From: a virus
IMG/VR virus record: IMGVR_UViG_3300010885_050982
Location: 1 to 64,000 of that record
Length of the DNA: 64,000 nt
Reading direction: 5' to 3' (one strand)
Made by a program: the position numbers and the translations under genes. Of the stretch, positions 18,576 to 29,251 are shown piece after piece (within the stretch, counting starts at the first letter, position 1; each line of letters begins with the position of its first letter). The notes under the pieces are model-generated. The model made no database searches. It had not been told where the DNA came from and was given only the letters and a program-made list of their open reading frames with translations.

Positions 18576-21074
18576 TTGCAATTGGCGACGTTGACGCTCA
18601 ACAAGTTGAAGGATGAACTGGCGTGTATCACGTTCCAGCCACGTCCAAATCAGCACGATCGAAACGATCAACAGCAAGCGTTTTACGATTCCGAGCATGA
18701 AGGCGTGACGTTCCTTTTGGGTGGGAATGGCGCGGGGACGACGACATGCGGGTTGGCCAAAGCCGTCAAGTTCATGACGATCGATCAGCCAGCGCCACGA
18801 AAAGACACTCCGTTCTGGATTATCGCCGGTTCTTATCCGCAAGTCATGAACGCATGCTGGAAAGAAAAGCTGCACCAAAAAGGGCATCTCGACCCCAATG
18901 CGGTCGATTGGAATCGCATCAATTGGTACAAACCGAATCAGGATTGGCCGTTCTCCGTCCCCCTGAAGCCGAGAAAGAATCATCCCGGTAAGAATTGGCT
19001 GATTTGCTTCAAGTCTTACGAGCAAGGCCGGGAAGCGATGCAGGCCGAAGCAATCGGCGGATTCTTGTTCGTTGAGCAGTTCCCTTGGGGGCTCCTGAAC
19101 GAAGTTATGCGAGGTTGCCGAGAATACTCGTTCCGGGGCAACAAGCTTGCCGAGTTCACTCCGGTCGACCCGTCGATGTCGATCGAACTCAGAGACATGG
19201 AGGAAACTGGAAAGCTACCGAAGTCGTGGGGATTGTACCGGGCGAATACTCGATGCGCTTTAGAAGCCGGTCAAATCTCGGAAAGTTGGTATCGCGACTT
19301 CTTTGCGATGATCCCAGACGCGATGAAGCCCGTTCGCGAACAAGGCTTGTGGGGCAACTTCGAAGGGGCTGTCTATCCTGAATTCTCTCCAGCGATTCAC
19401 TGTACGCCGGAAGGATGGGACATTCCGCCTGGTGCTCAGCATCGGCGAGCGGTGGACTTCGGATTCTCTCAAGAGCATGCTTTCGTTGCCTTATGGAGCT
19501 GTGCGGATGGTCGAGGTCGCGTCACGATATATGACGAATATTATTCGAAAGACACAACTCTCAGCGTCATTGACCATTGGAAAGCGATCGAAGACCGCAA
19601 TCCTTGGCCAAAAAACACTGCCGGTCGCTACGGAGTAACTTGGATGGATCATGACCTGGACGCGATCCGTACGCTCTCCAAGATCGAGCAATACACGAAC
19701 GGGGAGTACACCGCGCCGAACTGGTCACTTGCAATCAAAGCGGTCAACGAAGGGATTGAGTACGTCAAATACATGCTCAAGCCGTCCATTATCGTCGACC
19801 CGAACGAACCGCCATCGCCGAGGTTGCAGATCGTTCGGGACCGGTGCCCGAATCTGATGCGCGAAATGATCACGTATCGGCGACCGAAGCAACTTTCTGA
19901 ATCGATCAACGCAAACGCCGTGAGCCAGGACCCGGTGAAAATTGACGACGACTGTTGCTTCCCCGCTGGGTCAATGGTCGACACGCCAAATGGGCCGAGA
20001 CCTATCGAATCACTAAAAGCTGGCGACTTGGTTTATTCGCATCTTGGAATCGCGACGATCGACGTTTCTTCGATAAAAACAGGACAATCCGAAACCATCA
20101 CTATTACATTGGATGACCGACGTAGTATAGAATGTACCGCAAACCATCCAATCGCAACGGGATTTGACGGATGGTCTGAAGCGATCAATTGCGGCGGGAA
20201 GCTTTTGAATGTGAGGTTAGGATGCGAGTTGAAACAAACCGAAATGGACATACCGTTGAGATTGTCGAATACGGCGGCTTCGAGTGGAGGCGATACCCGA
20301 CACACAATGGTCATGCGACTCGGACATACTTCAGGCGACACACACGAAAAGGATCTGGACCGCTCATCCTGCACCTACTTCACCAGCAAGTCTACATCGA
20401 CAATTACGGAACAATTCCAGAAGGGCACGACGTACACCACAGGGACGAAAATCCAGGAAACAACGATCCGTCAAATCTTGTCGCGATCACAAAACAGGAA
20501 CACGGCAAGGCTCATTCAGGGAATCTCAAAAAGGCGATCATCTCCGCTGTCGACTGGCATAAAAGCGAAGAAGGTATGCAGTGGCACGCTGAGCACGGAA
20601 AAAAGTCTTGGGACAACCGAACATCTCACTCGATCGCTTGCGCTCAATGCGGCAAAGAGTTTGAAACAAGAGACGCAAAGAAAGAGACTCGATTCTGTTC
20701 AAGCAAGTGCCGACACTATGCCAGAGTCGCGTCTGGCGTTGACAATATCGATTTCACCTGCACGGTCTGCGGCGCGACGTTCAGAGCAAACCGCTACGCA
20801 AAGAAGAAGGTTTGCTCGAAAGAATGTCAATCTCGTTTCATCAGTGAGCATCGAAAAGAATACTGGAGAAAAAAACGTTTACAATCTGTCGACGAGTGAC
20901 GGAACGTATTTCGTCAATGGGGTTTTGGTTAGCAACTGTGACGCACTCAGGTACATCCTGTTTTCCGAAGCGTCGATGTCTGGGGTCACTCCTACCACAC
21001 TGGCAAAGCAACACTCAACTGGATCGACGCAACTTGATTCGCCGAAGTTCAGAAAGCGAGGGAGACGGAAATAG
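18576..21074 (+). CDS. terL: Terminase large subunit, intein-containing
   Basis: ATPase-like N-terminus (Q..F, LGGNGAG, FKSYEQGRE..Q, FTP); RNase H-like nuclease (AVDFGF, IYDEYY, CPNL..E...Y); K.DD.C|CDALRY split by the intein. Confidence 0.9.
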   Translation: MQLATLTLNKLKDELACITFQPRPNQHDRNDQQQAFYDSEHEGVTFLLGGNGAGTTTCGLAKAVKFMTIDQPAPRKDTPFWIIAGSYPQVMNACWKEKLHQKGHLDPNAVDWNRINWYKPNQDWPFSVPLKPRKNHPGKNWLICFKSYEQGREAMQAEAIGGFLFVEQFPWGLLNEVMRGCREYSFRGNKLAEFTPVDPSMSIELRDMEETGKLPKSWGLYRANTRCALEAGQISESWYRDFFAMIPDAMKPVREQGLWGNFEGAVYPEFSPAIHCTPEGWDIPPGAQHRRAVDFGFSQEHAFVALWSCADGRGRVTIYDEYYSKDTTLSVIDHWKAIEDRNPWPKNTAGRYGVTWMDHDLDAIRTLSKIEQYTNGEYTAPNWSLAIKAVNEGIEYVKYMLKPSIIVDPNEPPSPRLQIVRDRCPNLMREMITYRRPKQLSESINANAVSQDPVKIDDDCCFPAGSMVDTPNGPRPIESLKAGDLVYSHLGIATIDVSSIKTGQSETITITLDDRRSIECTANHPIATGFDGWSEAINCGGKLLNVRLGCELKQTEMDIPLRLSNTAASSGGDTRHTMVMRLGHTSGDTHEKDLDRSSCTYFTSKSTSTITEQFQKGTTYTTGTKIQETTIRQILSRSQNRNTARLIQGISKRRSSPLSTGIKAKKVCSGTLSTEKSLGTTEHLTRSLALNAAKSLKQETQRKRLDSVQASADTMPESRLALTISISPARSAARRSEQTATQRRRFARKNVNLVSSVSIEKNTGEKNVYNLSTSDGTYFVNGVLVSNCDALRYILFSEASMSGVTPTTLAKQHSTGSTQLDSPKFRKRGRRK
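19956..20936 (+). mobile_element. Intein (327 aa) in the terminase nuclease domain
   Basis: Block A CFPAGSMV..P.G.RPIE.L..GD.V; block B CTANHP; block F VYNL; ends VNGVLVSN with +1 Cys; removal restores DDDC-CDALRY. Confidence 0.92.
20222..20899 (+). CDS. HNH homing endonuclease with two Zn-ribbon repeats, in an alternate frame inside the intein
   Basis: GAGGT SD at 20213-20217; LH..VY....G.IP.G..VHH.D.N..NN...NL.....EH...H; CAQC..FCS..C and CTVC..CSKEC. Confidence 0.85.
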   Translation: MRVETNRNGHTVEIVEYGGFEWRRYPTHNGHATRTYFRRHTRKGSGPLILHLLHQQVYIDNYGTIPEGHDVHHRDENPGNNDPSNLVAITKQEHGKAHSGNLKKAIISAVDWHKSEEGMQWHAEHGKKSWDNRTSHSIACAQCGKEFETRDAKKETRFCSSKCRHYARVASGVDNIDFTCTVCGATFRANRYAKKKVCSKECQSRFISEHRKEYWRKKRLQSVDE

Positions 21075-21077
21075 TTT

Positions 21078-21104
21078 TGATCCAGTCAGTGAGATTCAGC
21101 GTTA
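21078..21104 (+). promoter_or_regulatory. TGATCC-N16-CGTTA promoter motif
   Basis: Immediately after terL stop, upstream of AAGGAG-ATG 21146. Confidence 0.65.
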
Positions 21105-22901
21105 CGGATAATGACAACGAACACAAAGTCAACAAGGAGAGAATCATGAGATACGAAGTAACGATGGAAGACGGATGGAAAGTGCGGTTAAATGCAGATT
21201 CTGAAATGAACGCGAAATCAAAAGCTGAGCAAATGAATCGGTTTGGATACAAGGCCGTGTCTGCGGTCCAGTGCGAAGATGTGAAGGTGTCACAATGAGC
21301 GAGATTACCCTCAAGGTGACTGTGCCAGTTCTCGAAGAACTGGCGAAACGAGACGGAGGATTCGTTGTTCAGCTTTCGCATGCAGCGGCGAAAGAGATTG
21401 GACAAAAATACGGGGATGCAATCCTCCAATCGGCAATCGTAAAAGGTGCGTTGGATCGTCTCGAAAAGGCAATCTTTGCTGCTCAGACTGAAGCGGGAAC
21501 TCAACTCGAAAACAAGATCGGCGAATGGGACAACAGCCGTAACACTGGGTATAGACTGCGGGCTGACGTTGTCACTTACATCGAACGGAGTTTTGAGAAG
21601 ATCATTTCCGACCGCTTCAACAAGTGGATTGAATCGAATGACGTTGGCGCGATGCTTGATAAAGCTGCCAGCGTTTATGTTGAGCGAAAGCTGAAAGAGA
21701 TCATGCAAAAACAACTCGGCGATTTCCTTCGGAAATAGCGCAACATGACTGACGCGCTCCCAAGGGCCAGTGGCGAATGTATTTGCGGAAAGTGCGGTCA
21801 GGCTTATTTCTCGCATCCGATGGAATGGCGGAAAGTCGGATACGGCAACGTGCCGTTTCTGAATGTGTTGTGTGACGGAACTCTCGTAAAACTGTGAGAC
21901 GAAATGCAAATAGTTGTAGACCAGCACGAAATGCCGACCGGGTACACGACCGTCACGCAATATGAAGACGCGAATGTTCGAGTTTGCATGGGCGGTGGTC
22001 AGCAAAAGGTTTTCTCTGTTGAGATGAAGGCGCTAAGCCTGCAAATCATCGGCGGAGAGTCGTTCAAAAAATTCGTGGAGGACGCGACCGACCCAGCCTC
22101 GATGGCGATTCTGTATGTCGCCCAAGAGCCGAGTCGCGTTTTCGGGGACATGAAGATGATTTCGAAGATCATCATGGAGTGCCTGTCGAAGCGGATGCGG
22201 TACGCAAAAGAATCCGGTCGAAGGGACAAGGCACGCGAGATTCGAGAAGCATTGGGTATCGATGATTGAATTTGTTGTTTGGGTTTTGCTGGTTGTGGCC
22301 GGTGTCCAAGTCACCGAATTTATCGCGGACTGGATCTGCGAATTCTTCAAAAAGACAAAATAGGGTATCTGGCATGTTCGTAGTCTTGTTTCGAAACGAC
22401 CCTGCCGCCCAAATTAGAATGGACACGTTCGGGGCGTATGCCGATGCGGACAAGTTCGCGTACGAGTATCTTTCGACCTGTGGCGAACGGGCGACAGCGA
22501 TTATACTGAAGTCCGTCGACAGTCGTGACGCGCCAGGTTCCAGGGAACAGCCACGATTGCATGGCAGTGTTGGGAATGCCGCAGTACAGCCGTGAGTCTT
22601 TTAACAGGAAGCTGAAATGGAATCGAAACGAAAAGCCGAACTGGAGCGAAAGTATTGCTCAGCCAACCTTCCGCAAGAAATCGACATTGAGGCCGCATCG
22701 GACGACGTCAACGAGATCCTCGACGCATTGCCAATATCTGAGCGAAACGACGCGATGCGGCGGAAGTACGCCAACAAGGCGACCGGGCGGATGGTGTTCT
22801 GGATCGCCGCCCAGGACGTCGACACGCTCCTGATGGATGTCGTGCCGATTGACCGGCGAATGGAAAATCCAGCGACAATTCCGCCGGACGAAGAAAAAGA
22901 T

Positions 22902-22928
22902 TGATCCAGTTGGTCAAGCTTCTCGTTA
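22902..22928 (+). promoter_or_regulatory. TGATCC-N16-CGTTA promoter motif (TGA is also the upstream stop codon)
   Basis: TGATCC agttggtcaagcttct CGTTA. Confidence 0.55.
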
Positions 22929-25606
22929 CGATATCACTGTTACGCAACTCGCTGATCAAGAGATTTATGTCGAGGTCAGAGGCCGCCGAAGGCAGGTTGA
23001 TACGGCGGTGGCACGATCGCATACAAAAGCCCTGCATCTGAGGGGTTGCCGGTTTGATTCCGGTCGTGTTGCGTGGCGGTTTTTATGGGAAAGTGTTTTG
23101 CGGGTTCGGTTTGGTTGGCTCAAACGCTAATGGTCGCCGCTGCTAAGCTGGGCATTGATTCCAGCCGGGTTTTGCATTAACCCGCATGTTTTTGGAAAGT
23201 ATGTAATGAGAAACGGACCACCAAATCAAAAGCCACCAACCAACCGTGAGAAAATTGTTGGCTTACTCGTGTTGTTGGCAGTGGCATTTTCGCTGTCGTG
23301 CTGGATTACGTTGGTGCGTCATTTGACGATCAATGAAGGATGGAATTAATGTGTTTGTGGGATTTAATAAACCGTAACATTCGACGTACGGACATGGCTG
23401 ATTCATTAAAGGCATTAATCCGGCGATGGATGCCAGTGGACTTTGGCCACGCGACAAACGACGCATATTTTCCAGTGCCAAGAGAGACAACCGTGAGGCA
23501 AACAGGATCAACGCTCGATGTTATCGACGCTGACGTTTGGTATGTCGAACCATTGTTTACAGTGCCAGGAGAGACAACCGCTAGACAATCGAGGAAAGTG
23601 TTCAAGTGACAAATGCAACTGCGTCAAGTAATGCGGGTGCAATCGTCGTCAAATGCCCATACTGCAAAAATGGCGTGCCGCTATTAGCGACGCTGCCGAG
23701 TCCGTGCGGATGTTGCGACGGAAAAGGATTTTTGACGGTTCGAAGCAATTAAACGGTCGTCGGTTTATGACGCGCCGCGGCAAGACCAGAGCCGTTCGAT
23801 GGAGTCGGTCCAGTTGACGACCCTTAGAGAGATATTGACTGGTGGCAGCCGGAAAGACGGCTATAGGGAAGATTACCTGGAGCGGGTGCAAGCCCCGCAA
23901 TCGAACTTCCGCAATTGGGGCCGTTTAGATGCTGAAGACCAACGAAGAAAGCGATCCGAACAGTTGCTTGAACAAGGCGATGCCCTTCGAGCGGCTGTTC
24001 ATTCTTCTCGCCAGAGATCTTGCCGCACCTGACACGATCGAATACTGGATCAGGCTGCGAGTGCGGCTTCGATTGAATTCGCTTGACGACGATCTTATGA
24101 AGGAAGCCCAGCTTTGCGCTGACTTGATGCGATCCGAGCGAGATGCCGTCCGGTCTCAAATGAACAGTCTGACTCGAAAAAACGGAGATGATGATGTCGG
24201 GAATTGAACGAGACGCCGCGAAACCGAAGTGCGGACGGTGCCACAAGGATGTTGATTCGGCCAAGAGGACGCCGATCGTCAACGCAAGCGAGGTCATCGG
24301 CTGGAGATTGACGTACAAGTGCCACGGTGAGGAGAAGTCTCTCGACGTTTTGGCGAGTTGGTTCGCGGAGCCGGGCAATGAGACGCGTCCATTTCTCGAA
24401 AATGTGTTCGAGCCGGTCGCTGTTGCCGTGCCAACCGTCGCCGAAGCTCTGAAAGATGACTTGACGGTCAAGATGCGTGACAAAGCGATGGCCGTTCGCA
24501 AGTTTATGGGCGACACGATCCGGTCAATCATTGAGTCTCAGGTTGATTTCGACGGGGACCATGCAGCATGGGCCAGTCAGCACAAAATGCTGGTTGCGAC
24601 CCAGGCACAGGATTTTGTTGATGTCAATGATGTTGAATTTCGTGTGCTGATGATTGACGACATGAAGCCGCTGGGTACATTCACGATCCCGTTGTTTTTG
24701 GATGCAATCCCTCCGCAGTGGACTCCATATCAAAGGGGGCGAATTCGGCGGGTTATGTCGCAGCGCCCTAAGAAAAAGCCGAAGGCAGTTTGATGTCCAA
24801 CTTTGGCAAGATCACGTGAGATTGGTGGTTACGACTTCAGGGCGAGTTTTTAGTGAGGAGTGCATAGAGCATGAACAGAGAACAATCCAGACAACTTTTG
24901 CGAAACCTCCCTGTTATCCAAGCGTTCGCTGATAACAAAATTGTTCAATACCATAATTCTATCCGTGGGTGGGAGTCATGTGAGGATATGACGTTCACGT
25001 CCGAGCCAGAAAAATACCGTATCATCGATAGTCTTGGTGGCGTGATTTCTTTTCACAAAGGTGCCTGTGGCGATTGCGTGACGGCAATCAGTAGTTCTGG
25101 GAGCGTTTATACGACAGTGAATGTTCCGTCAACGCTTTGTCATCTGGACCGGGCGTCGTGGATACTAGACCAATGCACGCGAATTCAAATCAATTTCGAA
25201 GGCAAGTGGCTGTTGGACGCGACGATTATTGCCGCCGTCACCGCAGCCATGCAACCAGGGGAATCGTAAATGAAGCCGACTGAATGGATTGCCGAGTTTT
25301 TTAGAAAGTCGCCGCCGTCGATTTCGGGGGTTGCCGGAGTCGCTAAGAACGTCGACTGGCAGCATCGCGTCAAGGTTCTTGAAGACGAGATCACGGCAAA
25401 GGACGAACTGCTTGGCAAGCAGTCTAAGGTCGTCGAGCAGTTGCGGGGAACGCTCGACGAGCGGGAAGAGACGATTAGCGGCCTGACAACTGATCTTGAC
25501 TACGTTCGAAAACATTTGAAAGCGTCAAGATCGTTTATCGATGAAGTTCGAACGTTGATAAATAAATTGTAAGATCGTGTTCGATATCAAACCCACCGGA
25601 GTGAGC

Positions 25607-26158
25607 ATGATGCTTGTTCGATTGTTGGTGTTGTCAGTCCTGTCCAGTTCAGCGATGGCCGACGAGGTTGACCTAAACCGATATGCGGTCAAGTTGCGGA
25701 GCGGAAGCAAGTCCCCAGCAAGCGGCGTAAACACTTCAATTGGAGTGATTACCTGCCAGCACGTTGTCGACGGATTGCTCGAAATGTCTGCCGAGTGCGA
25801 CGGGGAGACCCAGCAGGGCGAAGTGATCTGGGCGAACAGCGAGAAGGATCTTGCCGTCCTGAAAGTGAAGTGGACGAAACCGCACAGCGTTCCGAAGCTG
25901 GGAACCGTCAAGAAAACCTTGACAGTTGTCGGTCGTGGTGACAACGGGCTTCTGAGAACGTCACGACACACGTTCATTCAACTGGCCAACAACGAGATCA
26001 CATTCACGGACCCGCGTAATACCGGGTCCAGCGGAAGCGGGTTATTTAACGAGCAGGGTGAACTTGTCGGAATACTTCTCGGCAATATTGTGGACAACGA
26101 GCCGTACATTGGCCGGGCCGCGAAGATTGAAGACGTCAAGATCACGATAAGGAAGTGA
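25607..26158 (+). CDS. Secreted trypsin-like serine protease
   Basis: Signal peptide; TCQHV (His), DLAVL (Asp), GSSGSGLFN..GELVGI (Ser). Confidence 0.85.
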   Translation: MMLVRLLVLSVLSSSAMADEVDLNRYAVKLRSGSKSPASGVNTSIGVITCQHVVDGLLEMSAECDGETQQGEVIWANSEKDLAVLKVKWTKPHSVPKLGTVKKTLTVVGRGDNGLLRTSRHTFIQLANNEITFTDPRNTGSSGSGLFNEQGELVGILLGNIVDNEPYIGRAAKIEDVKITIRK

Positions 26159-27625
26159 GATGCTTTTTTTCAGTGGGGGTAATCAGATGAATCGAAGAAA
26201 CGTTTTTTCAGTCGTGCTTGCCGCGTTTGCGTCATTTCTCGGTGCTCGCAAAGCTGTCACGAAAAACGACATCATCAATGGATGCGAGTTTAGCGATAGC
26301 TCGGGGGTCAAGACCGAGTTCACCCCAATGACCTTCGCAGATTTCCGCGACATGACGCTGTCGGAGATCCGTGGGATTGTCGACGATTGCGAAAATGGAG
26401 TGACGACTTTTATTCAATGCGGAACTAACTATGTGCCAAAAAAACTACCGAATGGATCTGCGTTCTTCGAAAGAACCGGTGAAATCGACGGCCCGACATT
26501 GGCGGTCATGTGGTGGATTGAGCAGCCCATCGGGCGATCCGTAGGCGACTGTGATAAACTCAAGGAGCAGATCAATGACACCTGAAGAATACAACTTAGC
26601 GCGGGACGAGAACCGTTTGATGGCAGTTGGCATGGACCCTCAGTTGTTGACGCTTTTCCTGAACTGGGGGAGCGATCCAAAAGACGTTTATTGCCTCCCA
26701 GTTTCCGAGCGAATTCCAGAGGGAGCGAGAGTGCTGCACGTCATCTACGATCAATGGGATCGCACGATGCATGTCGTCCTCTGCCACATTTCATATGAAA
26801 AGTGTGAGCCAGGCGAGCGTATTCCGCGTTACGATCCGAAAGAGTACGTGATGTATCTTCGAAAAGTGCCAAGCGGACTGGAAAAACATAGCCTGTCGTG
26901 ACGCGTCTTCATCCTTTATTCATGGGTCACGGAAGAAGCGTCAAGGCAAGCCGAAAAGTAAATCAAAAAAGTGATGGAACAAATGAACTACCTGCCATTG
27001 CAGTCGCATGGATTGTGTAAGACCGTCGAAGTCTGGGAGCCGCCACGTAGCGGTCGTTTCGTTTCGTACGACAAGAGTGATGAATCATGGATGCGTCCAT
27101 TGGGGATCGGCAAGGTCGTAAAGAGGCCGAATCCGTTATTGCTGGTCGACCTGTATGATGTCCGAGATGAAAAGGGTGATCTTGTCGGGTATTCAGAATT
27201 GAATCCGATTGATTATTGGAATCGTGGAACCCGAGATTTGATGATCGGAGTGATCGACAGTTTTCCGCCGGTTTATCCGGTGAGGAGGTTCGATCAAACA
27301 AGCAGTGTTCGTGAAATCCGAATTCGCATTTCAAGATACTCGGTTGCATGCGAAGCTTATTTGTGTTGGCAAGTCCAGCTTTACGATGCCCCTGCTTTGA
27401 TCATGGGTAAATGGATCAAGGCAATTGGCGAGGACCGGGTACGCGAACTGGCCCACAAAGCCCACCAGCGGGCCGGGAGATATTACCGGGAGCTTTCATT
27501 AAACGGATGAAGAATGCGATTGATTCAGCGCCACAAGTACGAAACTTTCTGCCGCAGACTTGGTATCGACATTCAGCCGCAACACTCAGACAATTCTCCG
27601 ACTTCAACAATCGAGGGCGAACAAA

Positions 27626-28486
27626 ATGCGGTCTCCACTTTTCGGCAACTTCAACAACAAGAACAATAAAAAGCCCTCTACGCCACTTGGCAGCGCACCG
27701 AAGCCGTCCAGGGTCGGAAAACTCACGAACTCGCTGATGTCTAAGATCGAAAGCGGCGTGATGAAGAAGCTCGGAGGGCTTGGTACGCTCGTACAGGCGT
27801 TGCTTCAACCGTTCGGCAAGTCGCTCGCTCCAGACATCCAAAAAGAGATCGAAGCGCAGCAGGCCCTGCTGGAAGAGTTTCAAGGCGGGTCTGAGAAAGT
27901 CGATGAAGGAACCGCACGACCGAGTTGGATGCGAGCCAGGCCGGAATATCGGATCGGAACGAATCCGCCTCCGGACGACGATGACTGGAGGCAATTCGAC
28001 AAGAACAATCCAGTTGTTGAGGGACCGATTCTTGTTGAATCGTCAAACGTCTATTCGATTGCGTTCGAATGGATTAACGAAACGAATCGCGGCAACATCC
28101 TTGTCCGATTTCTTGGCGGGGAAGGAAAGCATCGAGCAGGTCCAGGTCCGCTGTACCGATATTTCGACGTTGACTACTCGCTGTTCAAGTCATTCAAGAA
28201 AGCCGCTTCGCTGGGCGGCTGGGTGTAGGACCATTTACGATTGAGAGGGTCTGTTGTCGGTCACCAAGTCGACTTCGAGCTGGCTGGACTCGGGGACGAC
28301 ACGTCATACATTCCAAGAGCGGTCGGGAACAAGCGTGGCGAGACGGGCCAATTCTACACCGAACGAACGTTTGGCGGTCGCAAGTCGACTCTGCCAGAAC
28401 GAAAGATCGGTAAGTCGCCGCGATCTAACCTCCCCGGCTGGGAAAAGCGACACAACCTCAAGTTGCGGGCAGGTGGTCGACCATAG
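27626..28486 (+). pseudogene. KTSC-domain protein interrupted by an in-frame TAG (28226-28228)
   Basis: VESSNVYSIAF..L.VRF..LY.Y.DV....F..F..A.S.G KTSC motif; the frame stays open for 85 codons after the TAG. Confidence 0.55.
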
Positions 28487-29174
28487 GCTTTTTTCTTGGC
28501 AAGTATGGAGTTGTTAGGCATTTTTCGTCACTCCACTGATTCTCCTTTCGTCCGTATAGGATGCTGATTGGTATTCCCGTTTCATCCGACCAATCTCCAA
28601 AACTTTGCGTTTTTCCCAAGTGTGTCATTGTTGTTGTGACTCGCCTGTTTCGTGTCTGCTGCTTGCCGGTTGCCCATCGGACGTTTCCAGGTTCGTAGTT
28701 GCCATTGTTGTCCGGGAAGCGGTCGATTGAATGCAACGGACTTGGTCGACGGCCAACGTCAGCGATGAAATCGAGCACGGAGTTTACCCATCGATCGCAG
28801 ACAGTTATTCCTCGACCACCATACCCGTCGTACTGCGGGTGGTTTTTGTTCGTGCATCGCTGGATGATGTTATGCAATGCGTCATACTCAACTGAGTACG
28901 ATTCTCCGTGAGTTTTTTTTAGTTCGGCGGAGGACTCTTTTTGCAGGCATCCGCAACTGCGGTTAATTTCGTTGAGAAGTGCGTGAGAGTATATCTCAAC
29001 AACTGAACCACATCGACACTTGCAAATCCAGAACGCACCGTTTTGTCGCCCAGTGTGGCCAACGGGTTTCATTCCAGCGAAACCGACAACCTCAAGTCGC
29101 TCGAATGTTTTTCCGGTAAGATTTACGAATCTCTTGCTGGTCGGCAGTGGCACAGATACGATGTCGTCAGACAT
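28458..29174 (-). CDS. Free-standing HNH homing endonuclease
   Basis: NLTGKTF.RL.V, W.CKC.CG, SCGC, YGGRGITVCDRW, SIDR..NNGNYEPGNVRWAT..QQ.RN motifs. Confidence 0.88.
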   Translation of the reverse strand: MSDDIVSVPLPTSKRFVNLTGKTFERLEVVGFAGMKPVGHTGRQNGAFWICKCRCGSVVEIYSHALLNEINRSCGCLQKESSAELKKTHGESYSVEYDALHNIIQRCTNKNHPQYDGYGGRGITVCDRWVNSVLDFIADVGRRPSPLHSIDRFPDNNGNYEPGNVRWATGKQQTRNRRVTTTMTHLGKTQSFGDWSDETGIPISILYGRKENQWSDEKCLTTPYLPRKKPMVDHLPAT

Positions 29175-29251
29175 GGCGAAGTTCCTGTTAAACTCGTTAA
29201 TGTTAGAATCGCGAGCAGGCTGGCGTCTGTTCGCGATTTGCATTTTAACGG

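Larger units (their letters stand above)
21146..27510 (+). other. Array of small co-oriented phage accessory ORFs (e.g. 21146-21298, 21295-21738, 21904-22269, 22617-22904, 23929-24207, 24188-24793, 24871-25269, 25270-25572, 26551-26901, 26971-27510)
   Basis: Tightly packed ORFs with SD sites and overlapping start/stop codons; no recognisable function for most. Confidence 0.65.

Noticed and set aside
19956-20936. Group I intron interpretation of the terL insertion
   Set aside because: The insertion is in frame, stop-free and bounded by intein blocks (C...SN/C)
21049-22005. 318-aa minus-strand ORF (and similar long shadow ORFs such as 50372-51289 and 9795-10577)
   Set aside because: Antisense to well-punctuated genes with SD sites and lacking recognisable motifs; likely shadow frames
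23009-23071. Canonical tRNA gene
   Set aside because: No proper D-arm, non-canonical T-loop and anticodon loop, no CCA; kept only as a low-interest finding
28226-28228. Genome-wide TAG reassignment (alternative genetic code)
   Set aside because: Other genes end at TAG with the next gene or promoter right behind (1733, 11295, 16909, 21074, 54209), and very long ORFs are intact under code 11
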